Of a stretch of DNA of 64,000 nt, positions 39,189 to 47,387 are shown in pieces (position 1 is the first letter of the stretch; the number at the start of each line of letters is the position of its first letter). The notes under the pieces were generated by a model, which ran no database searches, had not been told where the DNA came from, and saw nothing but the letters and a program-made list of their open reading frames with translations. Made by a program: the position numbers and the translations under genes. Where the stretch lies: contig CAZMIZ010000001.1 of the NCBI GenBank assembly GCA_964566925.1, forward strand, positions 71,248 to 135,247, read 5' to 3'. Source of the DNA: an uncultured Gammaproteobacteria bacterium (GTDB lineage Bacteria; Patescibacteriota; Microgenomatia; PFEM01; DATLAM01).

Positions 39189-40942
39189 GAGGGGGTTTGA
39201 CAATGAAATTTGAAATACGTAAGATAAATCCAGTGAGAGAAAAAATACTAGCTCTCCTTAGTTTAATCGCTCTTCTGATTGTTTTACCTTTAGCCATTTT
39301 TTTGACTCAACGGCAACAAACTTATCAAAGTCAAGCTTTAATCATTGATCAAGCCCCATATGGAATGAATACCAGCCTCTTTTGGAGCAGCCTCTTTCCA
39401 GAAAATAAATGGGAAACAGCTATTGAGAAAATGGCTCAAGCCGGAGTAAAATTTAATCGAACGACTATTATCTGGTCATTAATTCAGCCGAATGAAGGAG
39501 AATGGAATTGGGAGAAACATGATCGGCTCATTGACCTCCTCACTAGCAAAGGCATTTCTCCTTTAGGTTATTTTTATTTTACTCCCAGCTGGGCTTGGAA
39601 ATACCCTGATTGTGACCAAGCCCGTTGGAGGGGTCGAATTTGTGCTCCTCGATCTGATGCTTGGAGAAATTTCGTCAAAAAAACAGTTGAGCGCTATGGT
39701 TGTGGGCCTGGCGGTAAATGCCAAATCAAATACTGGGAAATTTGGAACGAGCCCAATAACAACAAAACTAACAGCGAAGATTGTAGTGGCGGCGGTATCA
39801 GTCTTTGTGGCACCCTGGACGACTACTTCAGAATGCTTCGCGTAGCTTATAAAGCCATCAAAACAGCCGATCCTAACGCCACGGTGGTCATGGGAGGTCT
39901 GGGGCAATTAAGCACATTAGAAAATAAATTTTTAGATCAGCTTCTAGCAAAAAAATACCAGAATAAACCTTGTGGTGATTTTTTTGATGTCTTTAATATT
40001 CACCATTATTATCAGCCTGGGAACCCCCAATCTGTTTTGAATGGACTGGAAAGAGTTCAACAATTAAAACAAAAATATGGCCTTACTGGTAAACCAGTTT
40101 GGGTCACCGAGTTAAATAGAGCAAGAAATAACTGCACTCCTTTGGCTGAGGCCGCTCAAGATCAAAAAAAAGCGATCACTCTTCTTCTTGAAAATGGAGC
40201 TGCTAAGGTTTTCTGGTTCAAACTTGAAAGCACAGCCGAAGAAGAATGCGGTTATCCAGGGATTCTTCAAAGTAATAGTTATACTAAACTTCAACCACTC
40301 TACCGGGCTTATCAGGCCATTGCTGGAGTTACCCCTATACCGACGTTAATGCCGCCAGGGAGTCTAACCGCCACGCCAACCGCTACACCTTCACCAACAC
40401 CTTCACCAACGCCAACATCAACACCCACGCCCTTACCGACCACCACACCGACAACGACGCCGACTCAAACCCCAAGCACAGCCAATTTAAATTTTCAGAT
40501 AAGGTTGCAGGGAATTGGTCAACAGAGACTAGATAAAACCGTAAAAATTACTCTGAAAAAAGATGACACCCTGGTTGATGTTTATGAAAACGTGGGCATC
40601 AGTTCGGACCAGGATGGTATCTATAGTGGTCGATTAATGAATATTCAGCCAGATACCTATGATATCTACATTAAAGGCTGGGTTCACTTGCAGAAAAAGT
40701 TCGAAAATATTACCCTGGTAGAAGGAGAAAACAGTCAAGACTTTTCCGACGTTATTCTTTTAGCCGGAGATATTGACAACATAGGGAATAACCGGGTCGA
40801 TGCCGTGGATATAGCGATTGTTATTGATCATTATTTTCCAGACACACCCGTAGATAGCCCGGCTGATCTAAATCTTGATGGTAAAGTCAATGCGATTGAT
40901 ATCGGCCTCATGATTGAAAACTATCTTAAACAGGGAGGTTAA
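39182..40942 (+). CDS. Secreted GH5-like (clan GH-A) glycoside hydrolase with Thr/Pro linker and C-terminal type-I dockerin
   Basis: Catalytic acid/base in EIWNEPN and nucleophile in VWVTELN; linker TPTATPSPTPSPTPTSTPTP…; dockerin repeats GDIDNIGNNRVDAVDIAIVI and DLNLDGKVNAIDIGLMIENYL. The track start is a TTG; the ATG at 39203 (MKFEIRK…) with an upstream SD is more plausible. Confidence 0.7.
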   Translation: MSRGGLTMKFEIRKINPVREKILALLSLIALLIVLPLAIFLTQRQQTYQSQALIIDQAPYGMNTSLFWSSLFPENKWETAIEKMAQAGVKFNRTTIIWSLIQPNEGEWNWEKHDRLIDLLTSKGISPLGYFYFTPSWAWKYPDCDQARWRGRICAPRSDAWRNFVKKTVERYGCGPGGKCQIKYWEIWNEPNNNKTNSEDCSGGGISLCGTLDDYFRMLRVAYKAIKTADPNATVVMGGLGQLSTLENKFLDQLLAKKYQNKPCGDFFDVFNIHHYYQPGNPQSVLNGLERVQQLKQKYGLTGKPVWVTELNRARNNCTPLAEAAQDQKKAITLLLENGAAKVFWFKLESTAEEECGYPGILQSNSYTKLQPLYRAYQAIAGVTPIPTLMPPGSLTATPTATPSPTPSPTPTSTPTPLPTTTPTTTPTQTPSTANLNFQIRLQGIGQQRLDKTVKITLKKDDTLVDVYENVGISSDQDGIYSGRLMNIQPDTYDIYIKGWVHLQKKFENITLVEGENSQDFSDVILLAGDIDNIGNNRVDAVDIAIVIDHYFPDTPVDSPADLNLDGKVNAIDIGLMIENYLKQGG

Positions 40943-41511
40943 TGAAAGAAAAAATAAAAATAGCTATTCTCATCTTTCTAGGTTTAATCCTGGCGCTCGG
41001 CTGTATCGCCTGGAGTTTGAAGGGCGAGTGGAAATTAATAAACCAAAACAGGATCGCTGAAATAATTCCCTCGGCTAAAAAAGAAATTCTCCCAGTCGTC
41101 TCCCTCGCCATCGACCCCCAGGAAAAGACCCTCTATCAGGGTGGTGATTTCACGGCTGACATCATGCTTGAAAGTGAAGAGGAACTCTTGGCAGTTGACC
41201 TTTTCCTTTCTTACGATCCCCAAATCCTTAGTCTAGAAAAAATAACACCAGGTAAGTTTTTCCCATCGCCTCAAGAATTTTCCAAAGAAATAAAAGAAGA
41301 GGAAGGGAAAATTTTCTACGCCCTTGGTTCTCTTTCGCCCACTAGTGGTAAAGGGATTCTTGTTTCTTTAACTTTTCAAGGCAAAATGAGCGGCGACCAA
41401 GGAACCGTTGGGCTAACCGAAGAAACTTTAGTCTCAACCAAAGGAGGGGAAGAAGTAAATATCGAGTTGTCGAGAGAGGGCCGATACTCTATACTAGAAC
41501 TAGTGAAATGA
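40942..41511 (+). CDS. N-terminally TM-anchored cohesin-domain protein
   Basis: …GGDFTADIMLESEEELLAVDLFLSYDPQILSLEKITPGKFF… matches the cohesin core (compare CipA …CDFVFRYDPNVLEIIGIDPGDII…). Confidence 0.6.
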   Translation: MKEKIKIAILIFLGLILALGCIAWSLKGEWKLINQNRIAEIIPSAKKEILPVVSLAIDPQEKTLYQGGDFTADIMLESEEELLAVDLFLSYDPQILSLEKITPGKFFPSPQEFSKEIKEEEGKIFYALGSLSPTSGKGILVSLTFQGKMSGDQGTVGLTEETLVSTKGGEEVNIELSREGRYSILELVK

Positions 41512-42317
41512 AGAAAAAAATCTTAGCGGTTGTTATCCTCCTGGTGATGCTGGCCTCTATTCCAGTCGCGGTTTATTTGGTTAAAAAACGACAAGAGATT
41601 CAACTAAGAGCCGCTCCAGCCACTGTTCTTTCTTTAATTCCTGCCGCTGAAGCCTATGACACTGGTGAAACTTTCACCGTTAACGTCTCTATTGATACCG
41701 GAGAAAATCTAGTGGTCAGCGCCGATATAGTTCTAAGCTACGACCCAACCATTTTAGAGGCCCAAAGTGTCGTCTTAGGAAGCTTCCTTCCCAATGCTAA
41801 CGAAATTAATAACATTGTCAATAACGATACCGGGAAAATTACCTACAGCTTCTATACAATGCAAGAAAATGCCCAACAAGGGGAAGGAATCATTGCCTCA
41901 ATCTCTTTTAAGGGTATCGCGGCCGGAACCAGTTCGGTGATTTTCGACGAAACTCAAAGCGCGATTGGCGGCATTAACGAAAGCCAAAACGTCCTGGCCG
42001 ATACCGTCCTTGGCTCTTATCTAATTGCTGAGGCTCAAGCAACGGCCACTGTGACCCCCACTCCCACTATTGAGGGAGATGAAAATGGTGTTGGTGGTGG
42101 AGAAGAGCCTACTGCGACCGCAACTCCAACTCCGACTGAAGAAGATGAAGAAGAGCCAACCGCTACGCCCACCCCAACGACGACTGAAGAAGAAACACCC
42201 ACGCCGACCACTGCTGAAGAACTTCCAGAAGCCGGCATTCCCACCCCCACCTTTTTCCTTTTGATCGGAGGCGGAATCCTACTGATCTTAAGTTTTTTTC
42301 GCCTTCTGTTATACTAG
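41508..42317 (+). CDS. Cohesin-domain protein with Thr/Pro/Glu linker and C-terminal LPEAG sortase-type sorting signal
   Basis: Paralogous cohesin core …VVSADIVLSYDPTILEAQSVVLGSFLP…. C-terminus AEELPEAG (42222-42236), a hydrophobic segment and R-containing tail. Confidence 0.6.
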   Translation: MKKKILAVVILLVMLASIPVAVYLVKKRQEIQLRAAPATVLSLIPAAEAYDTGETFTVNVSIDTGENLVVSADIVLSYDPTILEAQSVVLGSFLPNANEINNIVNNDTGKITYSFYTMQENAQQGEGIIASISFKGIAAGTSSVIFDETQSAIGGINESQNVLADTVLGSYLIAEAQATATVTPTPTIEGDENGVGGGEEPTATATPTPTEEDEEEPTATPTPTTTEEETPTPTTAEELPEAGIPTPTFFLLIGGGILLILSFFRLLLY

Positions 42318-42326
42318 TCTCGGAAA

Positions 42327-43733
42327 ATGAAATCTCGTTTAAACCGAAGACAGTTTGTCTCCTTGATTGGTTTAATTTTTCTTCTCTCACTTCTACCCAA
42401 AACCTTAAACCTCGTCCAAACAGTTCAATATTATTTAAGCGAGGCAACTGGGGTTAAAGCCAACATTGTGGTTGACACCAAGGCAGTTTTAGGACCCATG
42501 GAAAAGCCTTGGCAAGCCTTGGCCCAGGGCGGCGAAGAAAAAGAAGAAATGCTCGAACCGGTGATCAATGAGATTCGTCATCTCTATCCCCGCTACCTTC
42601 GGATTGACCATCTTTACGATTTTTATGATGTTGTTGGCAGGACTGATGGGATGCTTGTTTATAATTGGGTAAGGCTGGACAAGATCGTCGACGACATTCT
42701 TGCGACTGGCGCCGCTCCTTTTTTTTCTCTTTCTTATATGCCCGCTGTAATTTCTTCAAATGACAGCGTCAGCTCACCAATCAGCTGGGAAGAGTGGTCT
42801 CAAGTAGTCGAAGCGACGGTTGAACATTTCTCTGGACGAAAAGAAAAAAACCTCTCCGATGTTTATTATGAAGTCTGGAATGAGCCGGATCTTTTTGGTC
42901 AATGGAAAATTGGTCAAGAACCAAACTATTGTTCTCTCTATCAATACGCTCTCTTGGGAGCTTCTCGGGCAGAAAATGTCAATTCATTCAAAATCGGAGG
43001 GCCAGCCATTACCTCCCTGGACACAGACTGGCTTAATCAATTTCTAGATTGTATTGAGAAGAACAATCTCCGGCTTGATTTTATTTCTTGGCACCGTTAT
43101 ACCCGCCAGTTAGAGGTTTTTGAAAAAGACCTGAAAAGGCTTAACCGTTGGCTCTGGCAACACCCCCGATTTCTTAATTCAGAAAAAATTATCACCGAGT
43201 GGGGGTCCGATCCGGGAAATCATGACAACCACGACTCTTTCTTCGATGCCGTCCATACAATTGCTGTTATCCGCCAGCTTCTAGGTCAAGTTAATCTTGC
43301 CTTCAGCTTTGAAGTTAAAGATGGGCTTGATCCCGAAGGAAGAGAATATTGGGGCAGATGGGGGCTGCTAACCCATGAATCTTTTGGAAAACATAAAAAA
43401 CCCCGCTATTATGCCCTAGAATACCTAAATAAACTGGGAAAGGAGAGACTTTCTCTCTCAGGTGAAGGCACTTGGGTCAGGGGATTGGCCACCAAAGAAG
43501 GAGAGACAATCATTCTTCTTTTAGTTAATTATGACCCTTATTCTCGCCACTACGAAGAGGTTCCTCTTACTCTGGCCAACCTTGAACAAGCCACTTATTC
43601 TTATCAGGAGACCTTTCTTTTGGGAATTAATAAAACTAGTAAAGAAAAAGTTACTGCCCCCGGCCTAATAAAAAAAATTACCCTGCCGCCCAACAGTGCT
43701 GTCTTGATTCAATTAATTAAAGAGCCATTTTAG
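42327..43733 (+). CDS. Membrane-anchored clan GH-A glycoside hydrolase (GH39-like)
   Basis: YYEVWNEPDL acid/base, IITEWGSDPG nucleophile, FISWHRY; N-terminal signal anchor. Confidence 0.55.
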   Translation: MKSRLNRRQFVSLIGLIFLLSLLPKTLNLVQTVQYYLSEATGVKANIVVDTKAVLGPMEKPWQALAQGGEEKEEMLEPVINEIRHLYPRYLRIDHLYDFYDVVGRTDGMLVYNWVRLDKIVDDILATGAAPFFSLSYMPAVISSNDSVSSPISWEEWSQVVEATVEHFSGRKEKNLSDVYYEVWNEPDLFGQWKIGQEPNYCSLYQYALLGASRAENVNSFKIGGPAITSLDTDWLNQFLDCIEKNNLRLDFISWHRYTRQLEVFEKDLKRLNRWLWQHPRFLNSEKIITEWGSDPGNHDNHDSFFDAVHTIAVIRQLLGQVNLAFSFEVKDGLDPEGREYWGRWGLLTHESFGKHKKPRYYALEYLNKLGKERLSLSGEGTWVRGLATKEGETIILLLVNYDPYSRHYEEVPLTLANLEQATYSYQETFLLGINKTSKEKVTAPGLIKKITLPPNSAVLIQLIKEPF

Positions 43734-45424
43734 GCAGCTTCCTCCAGGGGCGGCTCCGAAAGAGGTGGGGTTTTAGTTTCTCTAAGCCTCCATAAAAGTT
43801 TGACTAAAACTTTCAGCTCCTTAACCCTCAGAAGAAAAGTAAAAGTAAGGTAAAAAACTCCCCCTATCAAGGCCACCAAAAAAGTCAGATAGATTAAATT
43901 TAGAGTGTAGCGCGTATCCAAAACAAAACGATCGAAGCTGGTTGGTAAAACTAGCCCAAATCTGCCTAAAAAGGAAAGTTTTTTATCCCAAGCAGCGCGG
44001 TCAAGAATTTTTAAGAAGAAAAACATCGCCCCGCCGGAAACAAGAGAAGAAAAAAGAATTTTACTAAAAGGTAAAATTAGCTCCTTTTTCCCAAAGCCTC
44101 CAACTCGCCGATCAAGAAAGAAAAGGAGGGTTATTGCTTGAAGAACTGAACTTAAAGAAAAGGCAAGGGCTAAGCCCCAAATAGGCCAATGAAAAACCAA
44201 AACAAAGATGAAACCCAAAAAAATATTTAGGAAAATCGAAGCAATGGAAATCCTAACCGGTGTGACGGCGTCATGAAGGGCATAAAAAGCTCGATTAAGA
44301 AGATAAATTGTTGCTTGAGAAAATATTCCTAAAGAAAAAGCGGATAAAGCGTAACCTGTTTGGACAGTTGAAGTCCAGGTGAACCGAGCCGCCCCAAAAG
44401 TCAGCCGGACAATCGGAATTCGTAAAACAGCTAAAAGGACGGCACACGGAACCACTAAAAAAAGGATTTCGTTAAAAGAGGAGAGGAAAGTTTTTTTAAA
44501 TCGAATCAATTTTTTCTCTACCGCCTGATAAGAAAGCGTCGGCAGGGCAGCTTTAGCAATACTAATCCCAAATAGTCCCACTGGCAAAAGTTGAAGAGAA
44601 TCAGCAAAAGTAAAATAAGTATAAGCAGCCGTGGAAATCAATGAGGCTAAGAAAAGCTCAACACTTTTCCCTAGTTGAAGAAAAGAAAGTTCAATTACCC
44701 TCGGGAGAGCTAAGCGGCCAATCTCTTTTACTCCGGGATGAGAGAAATCTAAAACCTTTCGGAACCGAAAACCAAGATGGGAAGCCAAAGGAAGTTGGAT
44801 TAAAAAATGAAGAAAGGCGCCAATCAGGGCTCCAAGGGTAGGAGCGTAAATACCAAAAGAGTTTGAGAAAAAAACTGTCCCTAAAATGATCCCGAGATTA
44901 TAGAGTAAAGGCGCCAGGGCGGGCACAAGAAACCGCTGAAGCGATTCTAAGACTCCGGTTAAAAAATAACTTAAAACAAAAAACCCTTGGGCAAGGAGGA
45001 GAATTCTAGTCAAGGAAACAATTTGTTCCACCTGATCTGGAGTAAAACCGGCAGCGATCAATTGGTAAACCGGTTGAGCAAAAACGAAAACTAGAACGGC
45101 TAAAAGAGCAAAGATTAAGATGGCCAAATTAAGAGCAGCAGCAGCCACATACCAAGCCTCTTTCTTTTTCTTTTGAGAAAGATAACCAGTAAAAGTGGGA
45201 ATAAAAGCTGAAGAAAGAGCGCCAAAAACTAGAACCTCAAAGATGACTTCAGGAAGACGGAAAGCAGCAAAATAAATAGAGAGAGTCTCCACCGAGAAAA
45301 AGTGAGCCAGAACTCGATTGCGAACTAAACCTAAAACTCTCGAAGCAGCGATCATTACCATAATTACCGTCGCTGCTGAGAGAATTGTCGTTTGACGTCG
45401 GGTGAAAAAATTGGAACCAACCAT
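43730..45424 (-). CDS. murJ: Lipid II flippase MurJ/MviN
   Basis: A 14-TM MOP-family protein with a MurJ-like N-terminus (…SRVLGLVRNRVLAHFF…LSSAFIPTF). Confidence 0.75.
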   Translation of the reverse strand: MVGSNFFTRRQTTILSAATVIMVMIAASRVLGLVRNRVLAHFFSVETLSIYFAAFRLPEVIFEVLVFGALSSAFIPTFTGYLSQKKKKEAWYVAAAALNLAILIFALLAVLVFVFAQPVYQLIAAGFTPDQVEQIVSLTRILLLAQGFFVLSYFLTGVLESLQRFLVPALAPLLYNLGIILGTVFFSNSFGIYAPTLGALIGAFLHFLIQLPLASHLGFRFRKVLDFSHPGVKEIGRLALPRVIELSFLQLGKSVELFLASLISTAAYTYFTFADSLQLLPVGLFGISIAKAALPTLSYQAVEKKLIRFKKTFLSSFNEILFLVVPCAVLLAVLRIPIVRLTFGAARFTWTSTVQTGYALSAFSLGIFSQATIYLLNRAFYALHDAVTPVRISIASIFLNIFLGFIFVLVFHWPIWGLALAFSLSSVLQAITLLFFLDRRVGGFGKKELILPFSKILFSSLVSGGAMFFFLKILDRAAWDKKLSFLGRFGLVLPTSFDRFVLDTRYTLNLIYLTFLVALIGGVFYLTFTFLLRVKELKVLVKLLWRLRETKTPPLSEPPLEEAA

Positions 45425-45487
45425 TTTGGTAGTTTACAAGGAGGCTAAATGTGATTCCGGCTCCTTCGGAACTTTCGATAATCGCCC

Positions 45488-45516
45488 TTTACAGGTCGAT
45501 TATACTCTGCTAAAAT
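45488..45516 (+). promoter_or_regulatory. Sigma70-like promoter for rpsT: TTTACA-17-TAAAAT, -10 only ~10 nt from the ATG (near-leaderless)
   Basis: TTTACA 45488-45493, TAAAAT 45511-45516, ATG 45527. Confidence 0.4.
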
Positions 45517-45526
45517 TCTCTCCGCA

Positions 45527-45808
45527 ATGCCTATAACTCTTTCCGCTAAAAAAGCACTTCGCCGCGATCGGCGGAGGGCGATTGTTAATCGGCGCCTTCG
45601 CGACCAATTAAAAAAGGTGCTTAAGCGGGCACGGAAAAATCCTACTGAAAAACTCCTTAATCAAGCAAACAGTCTTCTCGACCAAGCCGCTAGAAAACGG
45701 ATAATCCATCCTAACAAAGCGGCCCGACTGAAATCAAGGTTATCAAATCCTACCCCAAAAAACAAAACAAAAACGACGACAAAAAAGTTAAAGAAAAAAA
45801 CCTCTTAG
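45527..45808 (+). CDS. rpsT: Ribosomal protein S20 with a basic C-terminal extension
   Basis: S20-like N-terminus MPITLSAKKALRRDRRRAIVNRRLR…, plus tail NPTPKNKTKTTTKKLKKKTS. Confidence 0.8.
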   Translation: MPITLSAKKALRRDRRRAIVNRRLRDQLKKVLKRARKNPTEKLLNQANSLLDQAARKRIIHPNKAARLKSRLSNPTPKNKTKTTTKKLKKKTS

Positions 45809-45815
45809 CCCTTCT

Positions 45816-45845
45816 TTGACAAAGCTTTCCTAAACAAGCTATACT
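45816..45845 (+). promoter_or_regulatory. Sigma70-like promoter for pilN: TTGACA-18-TATACT
   Basis: TTGACA 45816-45821, TATACT 45840-45845, ATG 45855; no obvious SD. Confidence 0.35.
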
Positions 45846-45854
45846 GAGTTTAAG

Positions 45855-46409
45855 ATGACTGCCCAAAGGCGGGAGATTGAACTAATCCCTAAAGAAAATT
45901 GGGAGAAAAAACCCATCGGCCGACTCCTTAAGTGGGCTTTAACTATTGGTCGCTATATCGTGATTATTACCGAATTAATTGTTATTTTGGCCTTTCTTTC
46001 TCGTTTTAAACTAGACCGAGATCTAACCAGTCTCTACGAAGAAATTGAACAAAAGCAAGCCATCGTTGATTCTGCCAGCGATCTAGAAAACGACTTCCGT
46101 TTTCTCCAAAAAAGATTAACAACTATCCAGAATTTGGAGAAAAAACAGCTCGAGGCAGCCCAAGTGATGGAAGAAGTAACCTCCCTTACTCCACTGGACG
46201 TCTCGTTCAGTGATTTTTCTTCAACCGCCGAAGGTGTAAATTTCACCGCCACCGCCCTCTCGGAAGCTGGTCTAGCCACCTTCTTGAGTAATCTAAAAAA
46301 TTCTGGTCATTTTGAAGATCTAAATCTAACTCAGGTCTCTTTAAATACCGAGGAGAAGCTGGGTATTCAATTCAGTCTAAGTGCAAAACTATTAAAACCT
46401 ATTCCTTAA
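45855..46409 (+). CDS. pilN: Type IV pilus assembly protein PilN-like
   Basis: An N-terminal IELIP motif (cf. the INLLP PilM-binding motif), a single TM and a periplasmic coiled-coil/ferredoxin-like region. Confidence 0.55.
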   Translation: MTAQRREIELIPKENWEKKPIGRLLKWALTIGRYIVIITELIVILAFLSRFKLDRDLTSLYEEIEQKQAIVDSASDLENDFRFLQKRLTTIQNLEKKQLEAAQVMEEVTSLTPLDVSFSDFSSTAEGVNFTATALSEAGLATFLSNLKNSGHFEDLNLTQVSLNTEEKLGIQFSLSAKLLKPIP

Positions 46410-46412
46410 ACA

Positions 46413-47069
46413 ATGGCTATTAGTCTTGGAAAAGGATACTCTCGCCACCGACATTATCTCGTCAACCTGGGCACGCTTTATAAGAAAAAACAGGTCCGAA
46501 CTTATACTGGATTAATTTTGTCTCTTTTATCCATTGCTTTCTTTGCCCTCTTTGCTATTCGGCCTACCCTAATTACTATCGCTTCGCTGATAAAAGAAAT
46601 CGATAACAAGCAAATGATTGCCGAAAAATTAGAAGAAAAAATTAATGCTCTCTCCCGCGCCCGAAGTGAATACATTGATCTCTCTTCTAGTCTTCCCTTA
46701 ATAGAAGAGGCCCTTCCCCAAGAGGCCAACCTTTCCCTTTTTATTCGCCAGCTGGAAACACTGGCTGTTCAGAACGGAGTTATTCTTCGATCAATCCAAT
46801 TTGGCGAAATTAGTCTCCGCGGAGAAAAAGTATCAAAATCTCTTCCGGTCACGACTAAAGAGATAGAATCGCTCCAAGTTCCTTTTAACCTTTCTGTTTC
46901 TGGAAGTTATAAAAATCTCAAAAACTTTCTCCAATCTTTAGAGGAATTACGCCGATTAACTGTTGTTTCTTCTTTCGTTTTTAAAATGGAAAAAGAGAAG
47001 GAAGGTCGATTTTTAGTCTTAAGCATTACCGGAGGAACCTTTTATCTCAACCAAAATAAAACTCAGTAA
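46413..47069 (+). CDS. pilO: Type IV pilus assembly protein PilO-like
   Basis: Bitopic with a coiled-coil, immediately after pilN. Confidence 0.5.
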   Translation: MAISLGKGYSRHRHYLVNLGTLYKKKQVRTYTGLILSLLSIAFFALFAIRPTLITIASLIKEIDNKQMIAEKLEEKINALSRARSEYIDLSSSLPLIEEALPQEANLSLFIRQLETLAVQNGVILRSIQFGEISLRGEKVSKSLPVTTKEIESLQVPFNLSVSGSYKNLKNFLQSLEELRRLTVVSSFVFKMEKEKEGRFLVLSITGGTFYLNQNKTQ

Positions 47070-47075
47070 TTAACA

Positions 47076-47387
47076 ATGAAAAAAAGATATTGGAACCGAG
47101 ACCTTTTGATCTTATCAATTTTAACCGTTATTACTGTCTTTAGCTGGGTTACTTTCGAGGTCTATCGAGCCCTTACTCAAATCGAAATCCCCGCTGTTCT
47201 CAAACAACAAATTGAACCACTTAACCCTACTGTTCAAACAGAAATCATCCAAGGTTTAAAGTTAAGAAAATCTTTTTCTACCGACGAGTTGGTTTCTCCC
47301 TCTAACTTACCCGGGCCCAGCCTCGAAGAAGAAACCACGGCAGCCACAGAAAGCAGTGAGGGAGAGGAAGTTTCGGTTATTGATTAA
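47076..47387 (+). CDS. Small bitopic protein with acidic C-terminus
   Basis: N-terminal TM; overlaps the next gene by 32 nt. Confidence 0.35.
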   Translation: MKKRYWNRDLLILSILTVITVFSWVTFEVYRALTQIEIPAVLKQQIEPLNPTVQTEIIQGLKLRKSFSTDELVSPSNLPGPSLEEETTAATESSEGEEVSVID

